Shown here in pieces: positions 1 through 9,466 of a stretch of 64,000 nt of DNA (position 1 is the first letter of the stretch; every line of letters begins with the position of its first letter). The notes under the pieces were generated by a model that did no database searches, had not been told where the DNA came from, and saw nothing but the letters and a program-made list of their open reading frames with translations. Both the position numbers and the translations under genes were made by a program. Source of the DNA: a virus; IMG/VR virus record IMGVR_UViG_3300044691_000477, positions 1 through 64,000 of that record. One strand, given 5' to 3'.

Positions 1-2111
1 CCGAGCACCGCGTTGCTCGAGTCGAGGAACCTGTAGTTGAAACGCCATGCTGTCGTCGGCGGGTTGGCAGGCGTCGTCCAGTTGACCACGCCGTAGGTGA
101 TCGTCGCTCGGTCCGAACCGCCGTCGGATGGGCCGACGGTGATGGGCTGCCACGCCAAGTCAGCCGGTGCGTTACGTGTCGTCGGCGGTGGCGGTGCTCC
201 ACCGCCACCTGTCGTGGGCGCGGGTGCACCCTCGCAGGTGTAGGGCACCTCAGTCGTCGGGCTTCCGACCGGGCCGATGGCGCCGTTGAAGGCGTTGGTG
301 CTGAAAACCATGGACGCTGCCCGTCCTGCTCCGATGAGCTGCAAGTCCAGAACGGCTGCCTCACGGTCGAAGGGACCGATGACGGTGCGCTCGACCTCAG
401 CGCCACTGGCGTCGTGGTAGGACACCACGACGTCCCAGAAGGTGGTGTCGGTGCCGGGGGTCCACTGCAGCTCGACGTGGGTGCTGTTCGGGTCACAGCG
501 GACCAGCGTGAGGACCGGAGAGCCACCCGCCGTCGGGGCTGTGCCAGTTCCCACTCCGATGACGTCTCCCTCGGTTCCAGAGCTGTTCACAACGCCGCCA
601 CTGGCGACCAGGCTGAACGACCCGCCGATCGGCAACTCGTTGTCTCGGAGCACGACGTCTGTGGCTCCGGTGAGCCGGTTGCGGGCGAGCTTGGAGACCA
701 CGACGAAGGAGACGCCAGGGATGCGTGAGACAAGGGTGTAGATGTCGGACAGCGCGATGCGACCACCGAAGTTGACGTTCGCGAAGGCAAGGAACTCAGT
801 CAGCGCGTTGTTGACGGCCTGACGCACCGGGAGTTGTGCGTATCGGTTGTCGACGGTGATCTCGAGAGCGACGTCGATGCTGACGTACTGCGGGTTCGCG
901 GCCACCACGGTGACGTTGGCGAGCTTGCGGGGCTGCAGGTAGGCCACGACGGCGTTGAGGGTGGCCTGGTCGGGCTGAGTGCCGCCTGGGGGCGCGACGT
1001 AGAGCGTGATGTTGGTGTAGACGCTGGCGACCGCCTTGGCCTTGGCGATCTGCACCGTGGGGACCGACAGCGCGAGCGCCTCGAAGTCGGACAGTGTGAT
1101 GGCACGATCATGAGCACGAAGCGCGCGTGGCGCGTTGGTACGGATGCTCTCGAGACTCTCAGCGTCAGTCCCTCCGCTGGCCTCGGTCTGGTTGGTGACC
1201 TCGATGACGACCGGGGTGGAGGGCACGACAGGCGGCAATGTCGTACTGGGCTGCCCGGTGCTCGGGTCGATGGGCGGGAGGTAGACGACATCGCCTGCAT
1301 CCACGACCTCGGTGATGGTGTTCACGAGCACGTTGCCGTCGATGCCACCACCGACGCGGTACTTGGCGTGCACGACGGCACCTCGAGGGGGTACGCGACC
1401 GTTGACACCATCGCCGAAGAGCACAGTGAGTGCTTCGTTCTCATCCATGCTGATGGCGTACGCCAAGTCGTTCGGGCCAGCGTCGAGCAGGTTGTTCACG
1501 AGGAACCAGACCAGCCCGTCGCCGCTGCTTTCCTCGACCACCCGCAACTCGAGCGACTCCGCGACCACCGGGGACTGCTGCAGGGTGTACTGCGCGTCCA
1601 GGTCACCACAACTCGTGGCCACGATCTCGTCATCGACCACGTTGCCTTCGGTGGCCGGCACGCTCAAGGTGATCGCGGCGCCGGAGCCGGGGATGTACAG
1701 GTCACTGTCGGTCTCGAAGGTGAGCTGATCGTTCACACCGTCAGGCGAGGTCTGCACTTCGAAGCCTGCCGGGATGACGACAGGCACTGTGGAGGTGACG
1801 GTGAAGGTGAGCGGCACAGTGGCGCTGGTTGCTGACCTAGGCGTGTAGTCGAGCAGCGCTGCGTGGGAGAGCACGCTGCCCCGCTGAGTGGCTGTCGACA
1901 GGAAGGACTCGTTGGCAATGCGGTCGCCGTAGTAGGACAGGATGTCGCCCTCGTAGGCGAACAACTCGACCAACATGACCCCGAAGTCGTTGAGGTCTCC
2001 GGTGCGGGCACCGCTCCAGTCGGGAGCGACGGTCTGGGCGTAGGCGAGCATGCTTTCGCGCAACCCTGCATAATCTCTGGCTGTGTAGTCGATGGCGCTT
2101 GGGGTGGTCAT
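1..2111 (-). CDS. Baseplate J-like (gp6/gpJ family) protein with C-terminal FN3-like extension; C-terminus lies beyond the left window edge
   Basis: Own translation: frame is open from ATG 2111..2109 (ATGA overlap with the gp25-like stop) to position 1. It is absent from the ORF track because there is no stop in the window. N-terminus TARDYAGLRESMLAYAQ..DFGVMLVELFAYEGDILSYYGDRIANESFLSTA fits the Baseplate_J pattern. Confidence 0.8.
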   Translation of the reverse strand, partial: MTTPSAIDYTARDYAGLRESMLAYAQTVAPDWSGARTGDLNDFGVMLVELFAYEGDILSYYGDRIANESFLSTATQRGSVLSHAALLDYTPRSATSATVPLTFTVTSTVPVVIPAGFEVQTSPDGVNDQLTFETDSDLYIPGSGAAITLSVPATEGNVVDDEIVATSCGDLDAQYTLQQSPVVAESLELRVVEESSGDGLVWFLVNNLLDAGPNDLAYAISMDENEALTVLFGDGVNGRVPPRGAVVHAKYRVGGGIDGNVLVNTITEVVDAGDVVYLPPIDPSTGQPSTTLPPVVPSTPVVIEVTNQTEASGGTDAESLESIRTNAPRALRAHDRAITLSDFEALALSVPTVQIAKAKAVASVYTNITLYVAPPGGTQPDQATLNAVVAYLQPRKLANVTVVAANPQYVSIDVALEITVDNRYAQLPVRQAVNNALTEFLAFANVNFGGRIALSDIYTLVSRIPGVSFVVVSKLARNRLTGATDVVLRDNELPIGGSFSLVASGGVVNSSGTEGDVIGVGTGTAPTAGGSPVLTLVRCDPNSTHVELQWTPGTDTTFWDVVVSYHDASGAEVERTVIGPFDREAAVLDLQLIGAGRAASMVFSTNAFNGAIGPVGSPTTEVPYTCEGAPAPTTGGGGAPPPPTTRNAPADLAWQPITVGPSDGGSDRATITYGVVNWTTPANPPTTAWRFNYRFLDSSNAVL

Positions 2112-2494
2112 ACCCCTCCTTCCAGCGTCATCGTCGTGGAGCGGACCTCTCCTTCGCCGGCTCCCACAGCCAGTGAGAACTGTACGGTCAGACGCACCGC
2201 TGCCTGCTGAGAGTCTTCCTGCGCCGAGATGCCGTGGAAGATGACGTTGGGGACGTCTGCAGCGAGCTTGTCGCTCAGGCGGGCAGCCAGAAGCTGCATC
2301 CGCAGCGGGTCGATGTTCTCGAAGATGAAGTCGCGTGTGTCGCTACCGAATTGCGGGTGCATGACCCGCTCGCCAGGCTGCGTGAACAGGTAGGTCTTGA
2401 GGTGCTGCACGACCGTCTCCACAGGGTCGCTCATCGTGGCTACCCGGCCCTGGCCATCAAGCCGGAATGGCACGCTGATCTCACGGTCGATCAC
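2108..2494 (-). CDS. gp25/GPW-like baseplate wedge protein
   Basis: ORF 2108..2530. Likely GTG start at 2494 (AGGAGG 6 nt upstream, GTGA overlap with upstream stop). FIFENIDPLRMQLLAARL is typical of the GPW_gp25 family. Confidence 0.8.
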   Translation of the reverse strand: MIDREISVPFRLDGQGRVATMSDPVETVVQHLKTYLFTQPGERVMHPQFGSDTRDFIFENIDPLRMQLLAARLSDKLAADVPNVIFHGISAQEDSQQAAVRLTVQFSLAVGAGEGEVRSTTMTLEGGV

Positions 2495-2859
2495 GACGCT
2501 CCTCCTGAGGTCAACCAAGTGCCGAGCCACACTGGGAAGTCGATGCTGCCGTGCTCAAACATCACCCATACGGCATCGCCAACCTTCGGCAGCCGCACTT
2601 TGATCTCGTCCGTCTGGCCGTGGCTGGTGACCGTGAAGGCGTCTGCATGGCTGTCGGTGGAGGCCCCGTTCACCGTCACCAGCGGACGGCGGGTGAGGAA
2701 TGGGATGCAGGGCATCGCCCAACCGAGCGTGCCTTCCCCGTTGAGAGCCGTCACCTTCACCTTGACGCGGCCTGCACCAGTTGGGTCCTGGGGGTCGACA
2801 ACGATGCCGCGGTAGATCCCGGCGAAGACCTCCTCGTGGTTGTGCTCGGGGGTTGTCAT
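2491..2859 (-). CDS. gpV/gp5-type baseplate spike (OB-fold) protein
   Basis: 122 aa. GIYRGIVVDPQDPTGAGRVKVKV...VGDAVWVMFEHGSIDFPVWLG resembles Phage_base_V. Sits between gpD-like and gp25-like genes. Confidence 0.75.
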   Translation of the reverse strand: MTTPEHNHEEVFAGIYRGIVVDPQDPTGAGRVKVKVTALNGEGTLGWAMPCIPFLTRRPLVTVNGASTDSHADAFTVTSHGQTDEIKVRLPKVGDAVWVMFEHGSIDFPVWLGTWLTSGGAS

Positions 2860-4271
2860 CGGGTGATCCGCACGGTGTGCGAACTCGCGCGCCAGCCGGT
2901 CAACTTCGGCTTGGGGGCACTCGCAGGAGTCTGCTTGCCGGCGACCTTGCTGTGTCCCCTGAGCACTGTCTTGGTGCTGTGTGCCGCCGCGGGCTTCTTG
3001 GTCGGCTTCTTGGTGGCAGTGCGGGTCACACTGCGGCGGTGCTTGTCGACGCGACGCGCGATGATGGGGTCGAGCACAAAGGGGAGTGTCACGTCATCAA
3101 GCTGGACTGCCTGCTCGATGGGAACGCAGTCCTCGAGAGGGTCATAGATCGGCTCTGGGGCTGTGGAGACTCGACTGTCGACGCTGACGTCACAGTCGGT
3201 CAGCAGCACCGGGTTGCCACTGTCTGATACCTGCACCGTGTCGCCGAGATCGCCGAGTTGGTCACGAGCTACCTGCGCCTTGAGCCGGTAGTCCGACAAC
3301 GTGATGTGGTGGTCGACGCCCGTGACGTACCAGTAGCCGTCACTGTCCTCATCGGTGCCGCTGAACCGCACTGTGCTGCCTTGGTGGACGCGGGTGTTCC
3401 CGCTCAACTCCGCTTCAGCGATCGTGTTGAAGCGGTGCAGGTCCATCTCGGCCTCGAGTTGTGACTGCGCGGCCAGTGCGGTGAGTGCAGGGCGGCGCAT
3501 GGTGACGCGACCGAATACCGGCTTGGAGATCTTGTGGGTGCCCGCGCCGCTGGCAGTAGCGCTGTGCACGATGCGCTGCAGAGTCGCCCCGGCGTTGGTG
3601 ACGCCGCCGAGCACTCGAGCACGGTTCTCGGTGCCTGGCACGGCCTCGCCGACCTTGTGGTCCACCTTGTAGATGGCTCCACGCTGCCGGTACGTGCCAG
3701 TCGTCAAGGTGAAGGTCGGTCGGTTGCGCGATGCCTTGGTGTCGATGGCGCGTCGGGTGAACACCAGGTCGGTCTTGTTGGCGTAGAAGGTGAAGCCGAC
3801 TCGCTTGCTCAGCCACACCAGGAAGTCCCAGTCGCTGCGCCCGTGCTGGGTGAGTTGCTCGTGGGTGAAGGTGTGCCGCATCGCTGTGAGACTGAAGCGG
3901 TGCTCCTTGGCGATCTGCGTGGCGACCTGGTGAGCGAGTTTGTTGACGAAGCTGCGCAGCCGCACCTGCTTCATGCGGTAGGAGGCGCTCACGCAGTAGA
4001 CCTGCAAGCTGATCAACTTGTGCTGACTCTGCTTCTGCACGACGTGATGGACGTAGCCGTGGAAGTACTCGACGTCATCAGGGCGCCAGCCCCAGGCAAT
4101 GGTGACCGGGGCTCCGTGGGCGTACTTGTTCTGGGCCTTGCTCTCGAGCTCCATGGTGATGATGGCAGTGTCGTGCTTCCACTCCCGCTGACGGATGAGC
4201 ACCTCACGGGGCTGCTTCTGCGGGACCTTTCGGTCGGTCTGGAAGGCGACAGTGGCGAATGGCCTTGACAT
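2856..4271 (-). CDS. Late-control-D/gpD-like baseplate hub protein
   Basis: 471-aa ORF between LysM/gpX-like and gpV-like genes, the canonical P2-type order. Family assignment is from context and general resemblance only. Confidence 0.6.
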   Translation of the reverse strand: MSRPFATVAFQTDRKVPQKQPREVLIRQREWKHDTAIITMELESKAQNKYAHGAPVTIAWGWRPDDVEYFHGYVHHVVQKQSQHKLISLQVYCVSASYRMKQVRLRSFVNKLAHQVATQIAKEHRFSLTAMRHTFTHEQLTQHGRSDWDFLVWLSKRVGFTFYANKTDLVFTRRAIDTKASRNRPTFTLTTGTYRQRGAIYKVDHKVGEAVPGTENRARVLGGVTNAGATLQRIVHSATASGAGTHKISKPVFGRVTMRRPALTALAAQSQLEAEMDLHRFNTIAEAELSGNTRVHQGSTVRFSGTDEDSDGYWYVTGVDHHITLSDYRLKAQVARDQLGDLGDTVQVSDSGNPVLLTDCDVSVDSRVSTAPEPIYDPLEDCVPIEQAVQLDDVTLPFVLDPIIARRVDKHRRSVTRTATKKPTKKPAAAHSTKTVLRGHSKVAGKQTPASAPKPKLTGWRASSHTVRITR

Positions 4272-4558
4272 CAGGCGCTCACCACCACAGGGATCTTCAG
4301 CAACGTGCCGGGCACCAGGTCGTCGGGGTAGGTCACGTTGGGGTTGGCGTCAGCGATGATCCACCAGAACTCTGGGTCGTCATACGCCACGCCGGCGAGT
4401 GAGTCGAAACGGTCGCCGAACACCACGGTGTGCACGGTGTAGGAGTCGGTCGGCGTCACTGTCCTGGTCGGGAACACGGTGGCCCGGTACACGCCGTCAG
4501 CAGCCTGCACGGGTACGACGTCGGCGGTCTCGTAGCGCGACTGCTCGAAGATGGCCAC
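4271..4558 (-). CDS. LysM-like tail protein X (gpX-like)
   Basis: Track ORF 4271..4690 is trimmed to GTG 4558 (GAGGAGG upstream; avoids overlap with the upstream gene). HTVVFGDRFDSLAGVAYDDPEFWWIIADANP..LVPGTLLKIP is LysM-like. Confidence 0.65.
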   Translation of the reverse strand: MAIFEQSRYETADVVPVQAADGVYRATVFPTRTVTPTDSYTVHTVVFGDRFDSLAGVAYDDPEFWWIIADANPNVTYPDDLVPGTLLKIPVVVSA

Positions 4559-4560
4559 GG

Positions 4561-5412
4561 CTACCTCCTCGAGGTCGTGTTGGAGACAGGCGTGCTCTTC
4601 TTGGTGGTGGCGGTCTTCACGCTGCTGTTGCGGGTGTACTTGTCGAAGGTCTGGCCGACGAGCTGCTGGCAGGTGAGCTGCACCCCACACCTCATCGGGA
4701 CCATGCGCTGACTGAACAGCGCGTAGGACACCTGCATGCTCGTGATGTAGGCGACGAAGCCGAGGCCAGAAGCCGCCTTGGTGTTAGCACTGCCGTCGCC
4801 GCCGCCGAAGATGACGTAGACCGGCGTGGCGTACATGTTGCCCTGCTCGGGTCCAACTGCGATCGAGCCGCCAGTCTTTGCGTCTTTGATGGTGCTGGCG
4901 AAGTTGAGTCGAGCACGTGTGACGCTCTCGAGAGCCCAGATGTCTTCGTAGCAGCCGACGTCGCGCAGATCCTTCAGACCCTTCTGCGGACCGTAAGCCA
5001 CCTCATAGGTGCGGTCGAAGAGCAAGCTGAAGGATAGTTGCGTGGTGCCTGGCAGGATGGCTGCGCCTTTTAGTGCCGCCGCAGTGAGGTTGCTTGGGTC
5101 GATCTGGCCTTCATCGATGGAGTAGCCAACGTCGATCTGGCCTGGGTTGAACAAGAAGCGGCAGGCGAACGGGAACTTCTGGTCACCAGCCACCATGTCA
5201 TCGGTCTGGCTGATAACGCCGGTGACGAGCGGGCTGCCCGTCTTCTTCAAGATGCTGTTGAGCCGGGAGTCGGCAGTCTGGTTGATGTAACTGGACGACT
5301 TCGAGGGGTTGGATATCCGACTCGACTGCAGACCTTGCCCCCTGTTGACCGCGACGGTCTTGGGCGCGGTCACGTTGATCGACCCACCACCGCCGTCCGG
5401 GACGAGCGCCAT
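4561..5412 (-). CDS. Tail tube-initiator / baseplate-proximal protein (CIS-tube-like N-domain, tentative)
   Basis: 283 aa directly after the tape measure. The FACRFLFNPGQIDV motif resembles the FxFNP motif of contractile-system tube-like N-domains. Confidence 0.45.
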   Translation of the reverse strand: MALVPDGGGGSINVTAPKTVAVNRGQGLQSSRISNPSKSSSYINQTADSRLNSILKKTGSPLVTGVISQTDDMVAGDQKFPFACRFLFNPGQIDVGYSIDEGQIDPSNLTAAALKGAAILPGTTQLSFSLLFDRTYEVAYGPQKGLKDLRDVGCYEDIWALESVTRARLNFASTIKDAKTGGSIAVGPEQGNMYATPVYVIFGGGDGSANTKAASGLGFVAYITSMQVSYALFSQRMVPMRCGVQLTCQQLVGQTFDKYTRNSSVKTATTKKSTPVSNTTSRR

Positions 5413-8400
5413 CAGCCACTCCCTACGGATTCAAGAGCGTGGTTCTGCTCGATCTCGTCCTTCACCATGGAGAGGAAGTCCTGCGCATCCTTCTGAGTTG
5501 CCTTGCCGACAACAGTGATTGGGGCCTGGATCGTCACGTCACGAAGACCACTACCGCCACTGCCTTGATGACTCTGCACCGTGCCGCCGGCGCGCTGACC
5601 CTTGCGGGCGATCATCGCGCGGACCTTGCGCGCCTCCTGCGCTGGCACAACCATCTCGTCGTTGTGCAGGTAGGCCAGGCCCTCTGCGGTGGAGTAGGAG
5701 CCCTGTGCGTAACCCTTGTACTTACCGCCATGCGTCATACTTTTGATACCGGGAACGTTGTCGAGGCTGCCGTAACGGCCCATCGCGTAACGCGTCCCAG
5801 CGATGATGTTGTCGACCGGGTTCCAGATGTCCCCGTGACCTGGAAGCGCCCAACGACTGAAGGTCGAGTCGATGGTCTGCATCAGACCCTTGGACGGGTG
5901 GCCAGCCTTGGCGTTGGAGTCCCAGTTGTTCTGGGCGTGCGGGTTGCCCCCGCTCTCGTGCTGAATGATGCTCGCGATAGACCCGCCGTACTTGCCGAAG
6001 TCGAGATGCATCAGGCCGAGTGCCGTCTTCACCCAACTTCCGACCGTGCCGCCAGGTGGCGGTCCGGTGGGCGTACCAGCACTCTGCGAGGTTGTCGTCC
6101 TGCCTGACCCTGCACCGCCAGCGCCAGACCGACCACCGCCGAAGTCGCCACCGAACAGCGACGGAGGAGTGAGCACCGAGGCCAGCGCGCTCTGCTCGTC
6201 GCCGAATCCGAAGACCGAGGACAAGTTGGCTGAGGACCGTGTGACCGGGCCGGTGCCACTGTCTCCCTGCGCTGCGGGGTTGCCCGCTGACACAACGCCC
6301 TTCAGCCCAGCGCCTCCACCAGCGACACGCCTGGCGTTGGTGGGAGCCCGAAGCTTGGTGTTGTGGATGTTCGCGCCCGTGTGTGGAGCCTCGACCATCT
6401 GCCCGTTGCCGATGTACATGGCCACGTGGTGAGCCGGGCTGCCGTAGAACACCAGGTCGCCAGGGACGAGCTGGTCTAGCGGGACATCGGCGCCAACCTG
6501 CTGCTGCTGCGCAGCCGTTCGTGGCAACTTGACGCCGTTCTGGCCGAAGGACCACTGCATCAGCCCCGAGCAGTCGAAGGACGTCTTCGGGTTCGAGCCG
6601 CCCCACTTGTACGGCCTGCCGACGAAGGACTCCGCAGTGGAGATGATGCCGCTGACCGAGCTGCTTGCCGCCGTGGGCTTGGTGCTCGACGCCACATTCG
6701 CGCTACCGCCAGCACCAGTCGCTCCACCTGGCTGACCGACGCTGTAAGACATCTGCTGCTGAGCGCTGCTGTTAAACATCACCCGCCCGCTGTCGGACCG
6801 CCCAGCGGCGTTGTTGCTGGCGCTGAGCTTGCTGCGGTACTTGGCCATGAGCTGCGCCAGTGCGTGCAGCGCCTTCAACTCATCGTCCTTCTTGCGACTC
6901 TGGGTGGAGCGCATCACCAACGGGCGAACGGTGCCCTCGTACTCAGCCTGTGCGTCAGGGAGACGACTGAACCCCTCGCTCGCCCAGCGGTGCAACATGC
7001 CTGTCAGGCTGCCGTCGTTGGCGTAGGCGTTCTTCTGCGCGATCTCGGTGTTGCTGGTGGCCCCGAACCAGCCGGCGTGCGCCATACCTGAGAGAGCGTG
7101 CCCTCCTGCGACGGTCACCCCTCCGACAATCGCGCCGGCCAGTGGGTTCACTGCGCCGACAGCTCCGACGACGCCGCCCATCACGCCGGCCTGTGTGCCG
7201 CCGATGCCATCAATCTGGCTGTACCCATACCCCGCTGCAGCCCCTTCCGCAGCACCGGCACCGAGACGACCTGCCAACCGCCCTCGAGGGGACCGCATGA
7301 ACGCCTTGGCGCGCGCGAAGCGACCAGCAGTGGTTCCCTCTTCGCCTGGCAGGCCACCAGGGAGACCGTCTCCTCCTCCCCCTCCACCACCGCCTCCGAA
7401 GCCACCACCTGGCATGTTCGTGACGTAGACCGGAGTGCCCATCAAGCCACTGGCCCCGAGTGCGCCCTTGGCCCCGCCCTTCAGACCGCCCTTGAGCCGA
7501 TTGACAAGCCCACCGCCTCCTCGGACCCCCCCGAAGAACCCACCAATGGTTTCGAGGTTGAAGGTGCTCTGGCCAGCCTGCTCGAGGGCACCCTTTGCGC
7601 CACCCGCACTTCCCGGCAAGAAGCTGGCCAGTGCACTGGCCCCACCAAGATTGACACCGATGTGATTGTTCAGTCCCGCGAATGCCTGCGTCAGTGTGTT
7701 GGTGACATTCGCCAGGTCATTGAACCCTCGCATCAGCGAGTCACGACCCTCTGTCATCGCCTCGGTCGTACGGTTGGTGGTGGCTCGTCCAGCTCGGTTC
7801 TGCGCAGATCTAATGCTGTCGAGGCCACCGAGGCGAGTGTCTCTTGTCTGCCGTCCTGCTGCTGCGTCTGACAGAGCCTTGTTCGTTCTATCGGGACTGC
7901 CGCCAAGGTTCGCCTGCACCAGGGCGTACATGCGGAACTGCTCCATGGCGTTGGCGTCGAGACCGAGACCGACCAGGGTGCGGTAGAGCGGGGCACCCGG
8001 CTGCATGCCCTCACCGATCATGTCCGCAGTGACCTTCTGGCCGCGGAAGACAAGCCGCTGGATCTGCTGGTAGATGCCTTGCGGGGTCTGCATGACGCCG
8101 CGGCTGCCTTGAGGCGTCACCCCAAGGCTGCGCATCCGGTTCTGCGTCTGCGCGCTGTAGAGGCTCGAGACAGCAGCGGCGGACCCCTGGAAGCCGGCTG
8201 AGGGGTTGAGAGCTGAGAGCTGCCCCACCGACTGCAGAGCACGGTTGGTGCGCGCGTTACCCAGACCCGCGCCGAGTGCCCCCTGGATCTGCCCGACACC
8301 ACCCATCAGGTCACTGGCCGACTGGTAGCCGCCGTACCCCTGCAGGGTGCTGATGTTCCCGCGGTAGGCGCCCTGGCTGAAGCCCTGCCCACCGGACAGC

Positions 8401-8900
8401 GTGCTCTGGGTGTACATCAGATCCATGTCACTGACGTCGCCCATGGAGCGCTTGTAGTAGCCACCAGCGGCGTAGGCGACACCAACACCAGCCCCGATGG
8501 CCTTCGTCCTGAAGCTGACACCCCCTCTGCCGCCGCCGCTGAGTTGCGCAGAGGTGGTCGAGGGGGTCGTTGTGCTCGAGCCAGCGGGAGCGCCCGGTTG
8601 CCCAACTTTGGTGGTGGTGGCCCTCGTCGTCGTACTGCTGCCACTGCCTGACCCGCTCGATGCGCCGCCAAAACCAAGGCTCGAGAGCTTGTCATGCAGC
8701 CGGTCGAGAGTCTGGCTGCCCTTCTCGAGAGAGATCAGCCCGGAGTTGAACTTGCCGACATCGGTGGTGAGTTGCTGGAAGACCTTGCTCAGGCTGCGGA
8801 GCGAGGAGTCGTTGACTTGGAAGGTGGCAGCAGTGGCTGACCGCGGGCCACCCGGTGGTCCGCCACCTGGCGCTCCCAGCGGAGTCTCGTTGTCAGCCAT
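5412..8900 (-). CDS. Tape measure protein with embedded NlpC/P60 peptidase and lytic transglycosylase (SLT) domains
   Basis: 1162 aa, Gly-rich, located between chaperone and baseplate genes. RPYKWGGSNPKTSFDCSGLMQW..HHVAMYIGNGQMVEAP is NlpC/P60-like. IIQHESGGNPHAQNN..GLMQTIDSTF..AGTRYAMGRYG is SLT-like. Confidence 0.9.
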   Translation of the reverse strand: MADNETPLGAPGGGPPGGPRSATAATFQVNDSSLRSLSKVFQQLTTDVGKFNSGLISLEKGSQTLDRLHDKLSSLGFGGASSGSGSGSSTTTRATTTKVGQPGAPAGSSTTTPSTTSAQLSGGGRGGVSFRTKAIGAGVGVAYAAGGYYKRSMGDVSDMDLMYTQSTLSGGQGFSQGAYRGNISTLQGYGGYQSASDLMGGVGQIQGALGAGLGNARTNRALQSVGQLSALNPSAGFQGSAAAVSSLYSAQTQNRMRSLGVTPQGSRGVMQTPQGIYQQIQRLVFRGQKVTADMIGEGMQPGAPLYRTLVGLGLDANAMEQFRMYALVQANLGGSPDRTNKALSDAAAGRQTRDTRLGGLDSIRSAQNRAGRATTNRTTEAMTEGRDSLMRGFNDLANVTNTLTQAFAGLNNHIGVNLGGASALASFLPGSAGGAKGALEQAGQSTFNLETIGGFFGGVRGGGGLVNRLKGGLKGGAKGALGASGLMGTPVYVTNMPGGGFGGGGGGGGGDGLPGGLPGEEGTTAGRFARAKAFMRSPRGRLAGRLGAGAAEGAAAGYGYSQIDGIGGTQAGVMGGVVGAVGAVNPLAGAIVGGVTVAGGHALSGMAHAGWFGATSNTEIAQKNAYANDGSLTGMLHRWASEGFSRLPDAQAEYEGTVRPLVMRSTQSRKKDDELKALHALAQLMAKYRSKLSASNNAAGRSDSGRVMFNSSAQQQMSYSVGQPGGATGAGGSANVASSTKPTAASSSVSGIISTAESFVGRPYKWGGSNPKTSFDCSGLMQWSFGQNGVKLPRTAAQQQQVGADVPLDQLVPGDLVFYGSPAHHVAMYIGNGQMVEAPHTGANIHNTKLRAPTNARRVAGGGAGLKGVVSAGNPAAQGDSGTGPVTRSSANLSSVFGFGDEQSALASVLTPPSLFGGDFGGGRSGAGGAGSGRTTTSQSAGTPTGPPPGGTVGSWVKTALGLMHLDFGKYGGSIASIIQHESGGNPHAQNNWDSNAKAGHPSKGLMQTIDSTFSRWALPGHGDIWNPVDNIIAGTRYAMGRYGSLDNVPGIKSMTHGGKYKGYAQGSYSTAEGLAYLHNDEMVVPAQEARKVRAMIARKGQRAGGTVQSHQGSGGSGLRDVTIQAPITVVGKATQKDAQDFLSMVKDEIEQNHALESVGSG

Positions 8901-8909
8901 GCCACCTCC

Positions 8910-8938
8910 TTGTACATCCGTGTTGCGGTTGGTACGAT
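8910..8938 (+). promoter_or_regulatory. Sigma-70-like promoter TTGTAC-N17-TACGAT for the plus-strand moron
   Basis: Read directly. The -10 element ends 30 nt before ATG 8969, and AGGAGC lies in between. Confidence 0.5.
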
Positions 8939-8968
8939 TGGTGTCTCGGATCTCACTAGGAGCAGGAC

Positions 8969-9253
8969 ATGAAGTACAGCCAGGACTACTGGGACTGGTA
9001 CAACTCCCTCGGCCCCATGGACCAGTACTTCGCCGATCTGCGGCGTGATGGCGATTGGTTCATGAAGTGGCTTATCAACCCCGCTTGCTGGCTGTTCGGC
9101 CTCTTCGTGGTCCTGATCATCGTGGCGTCGTTGTTCGGCAGCAGCGGACCATTCGCGCACCAGTCATGCCAGACCCTGCCGACGACGGATGGCAATACAG
9201 GCGTGACCTCCACTTACACATCCTGTGAATCAGTTGGCCCGTTCTGGTGGTAG
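8969..9253 (+). CDS. Small membrane protein (moron, opposite strand to tail genes)
   Basis: 94 aa with one hydrophobic helix (CWLFGLFVVLIIVASLFG). It has its own promoter and RBS and is wedged between the tape measure and the chaperone extension. Confidence 0.7.
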   Translation: MKYSQDYWDWYNSLGPMDQYFADLRRDGDWFMKWLINPACWLFGLFVVLIIVASLFGSSGPFAHQSCQTLPTTDGNTGVTSTYTSCESVGPFWW

Positions 9254-9466
9254 TCACACGGGCATTCCTTCCTCGTCAGTAGTGCCGCTGGTGCGGACGT
9301 CCTGAGACACACGGAACCAGTACTGGCGCTCTCTGCGGTTCAAGCCCTTCACCTCCGTCAGCGTCCACGGGAAGACCCGTGCGATGGCCTCGTACTCCAC
9401 GAACAACGACTGGTAGTTAGTCGCCGCGAAACATGTCCCGCGTCGTGATCGGAAGCGGGAACTCAC
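9254..9466 (-). CDS. Tail assembly chaperone extension frame (T-like part; probably expressed by frameshift from 9417..10376)
   Basis: Overlaps the upstream ORF by 50 nt in the +1 frame. The protein-like sequence FVEYEAIARVFPWTLTEVKGLNRRERQYW begins inside the overlap. Confidence 0.45.
   Translation of the reverse strand: MSSRFRSRRGTCFAATNYQSLFVEYEAIARVFPWTLTEVKGLNRRERQYWFRVSQDVRTSGTTDEEGMPV

Noticed and set aside
834-1835. Long ORFs antisense to recognised genes (for example 834..1835+, 5722..6606-, 14249..14950+, 21793..23211+, 27285..28208+, 31283..32287-, 36349..37506+, 45666..46802+, 56109..57119+).
   Set aside because: These are typical high-GC antisense or shadow frames. Their translations are Arg/Gly/Pro/His-rich low-complexity sequence, and each overlaps a better-supported gene with recognisable motifs on the other strand or frame.
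5711-5746. TTGTAC-N16-TACTTT promoter-like match on the plus strand inside the tape measure gene.
   Set aside because: No downstream RBS or ORF follows, and it lies deep inside a coding region. It is most likely a chance match.
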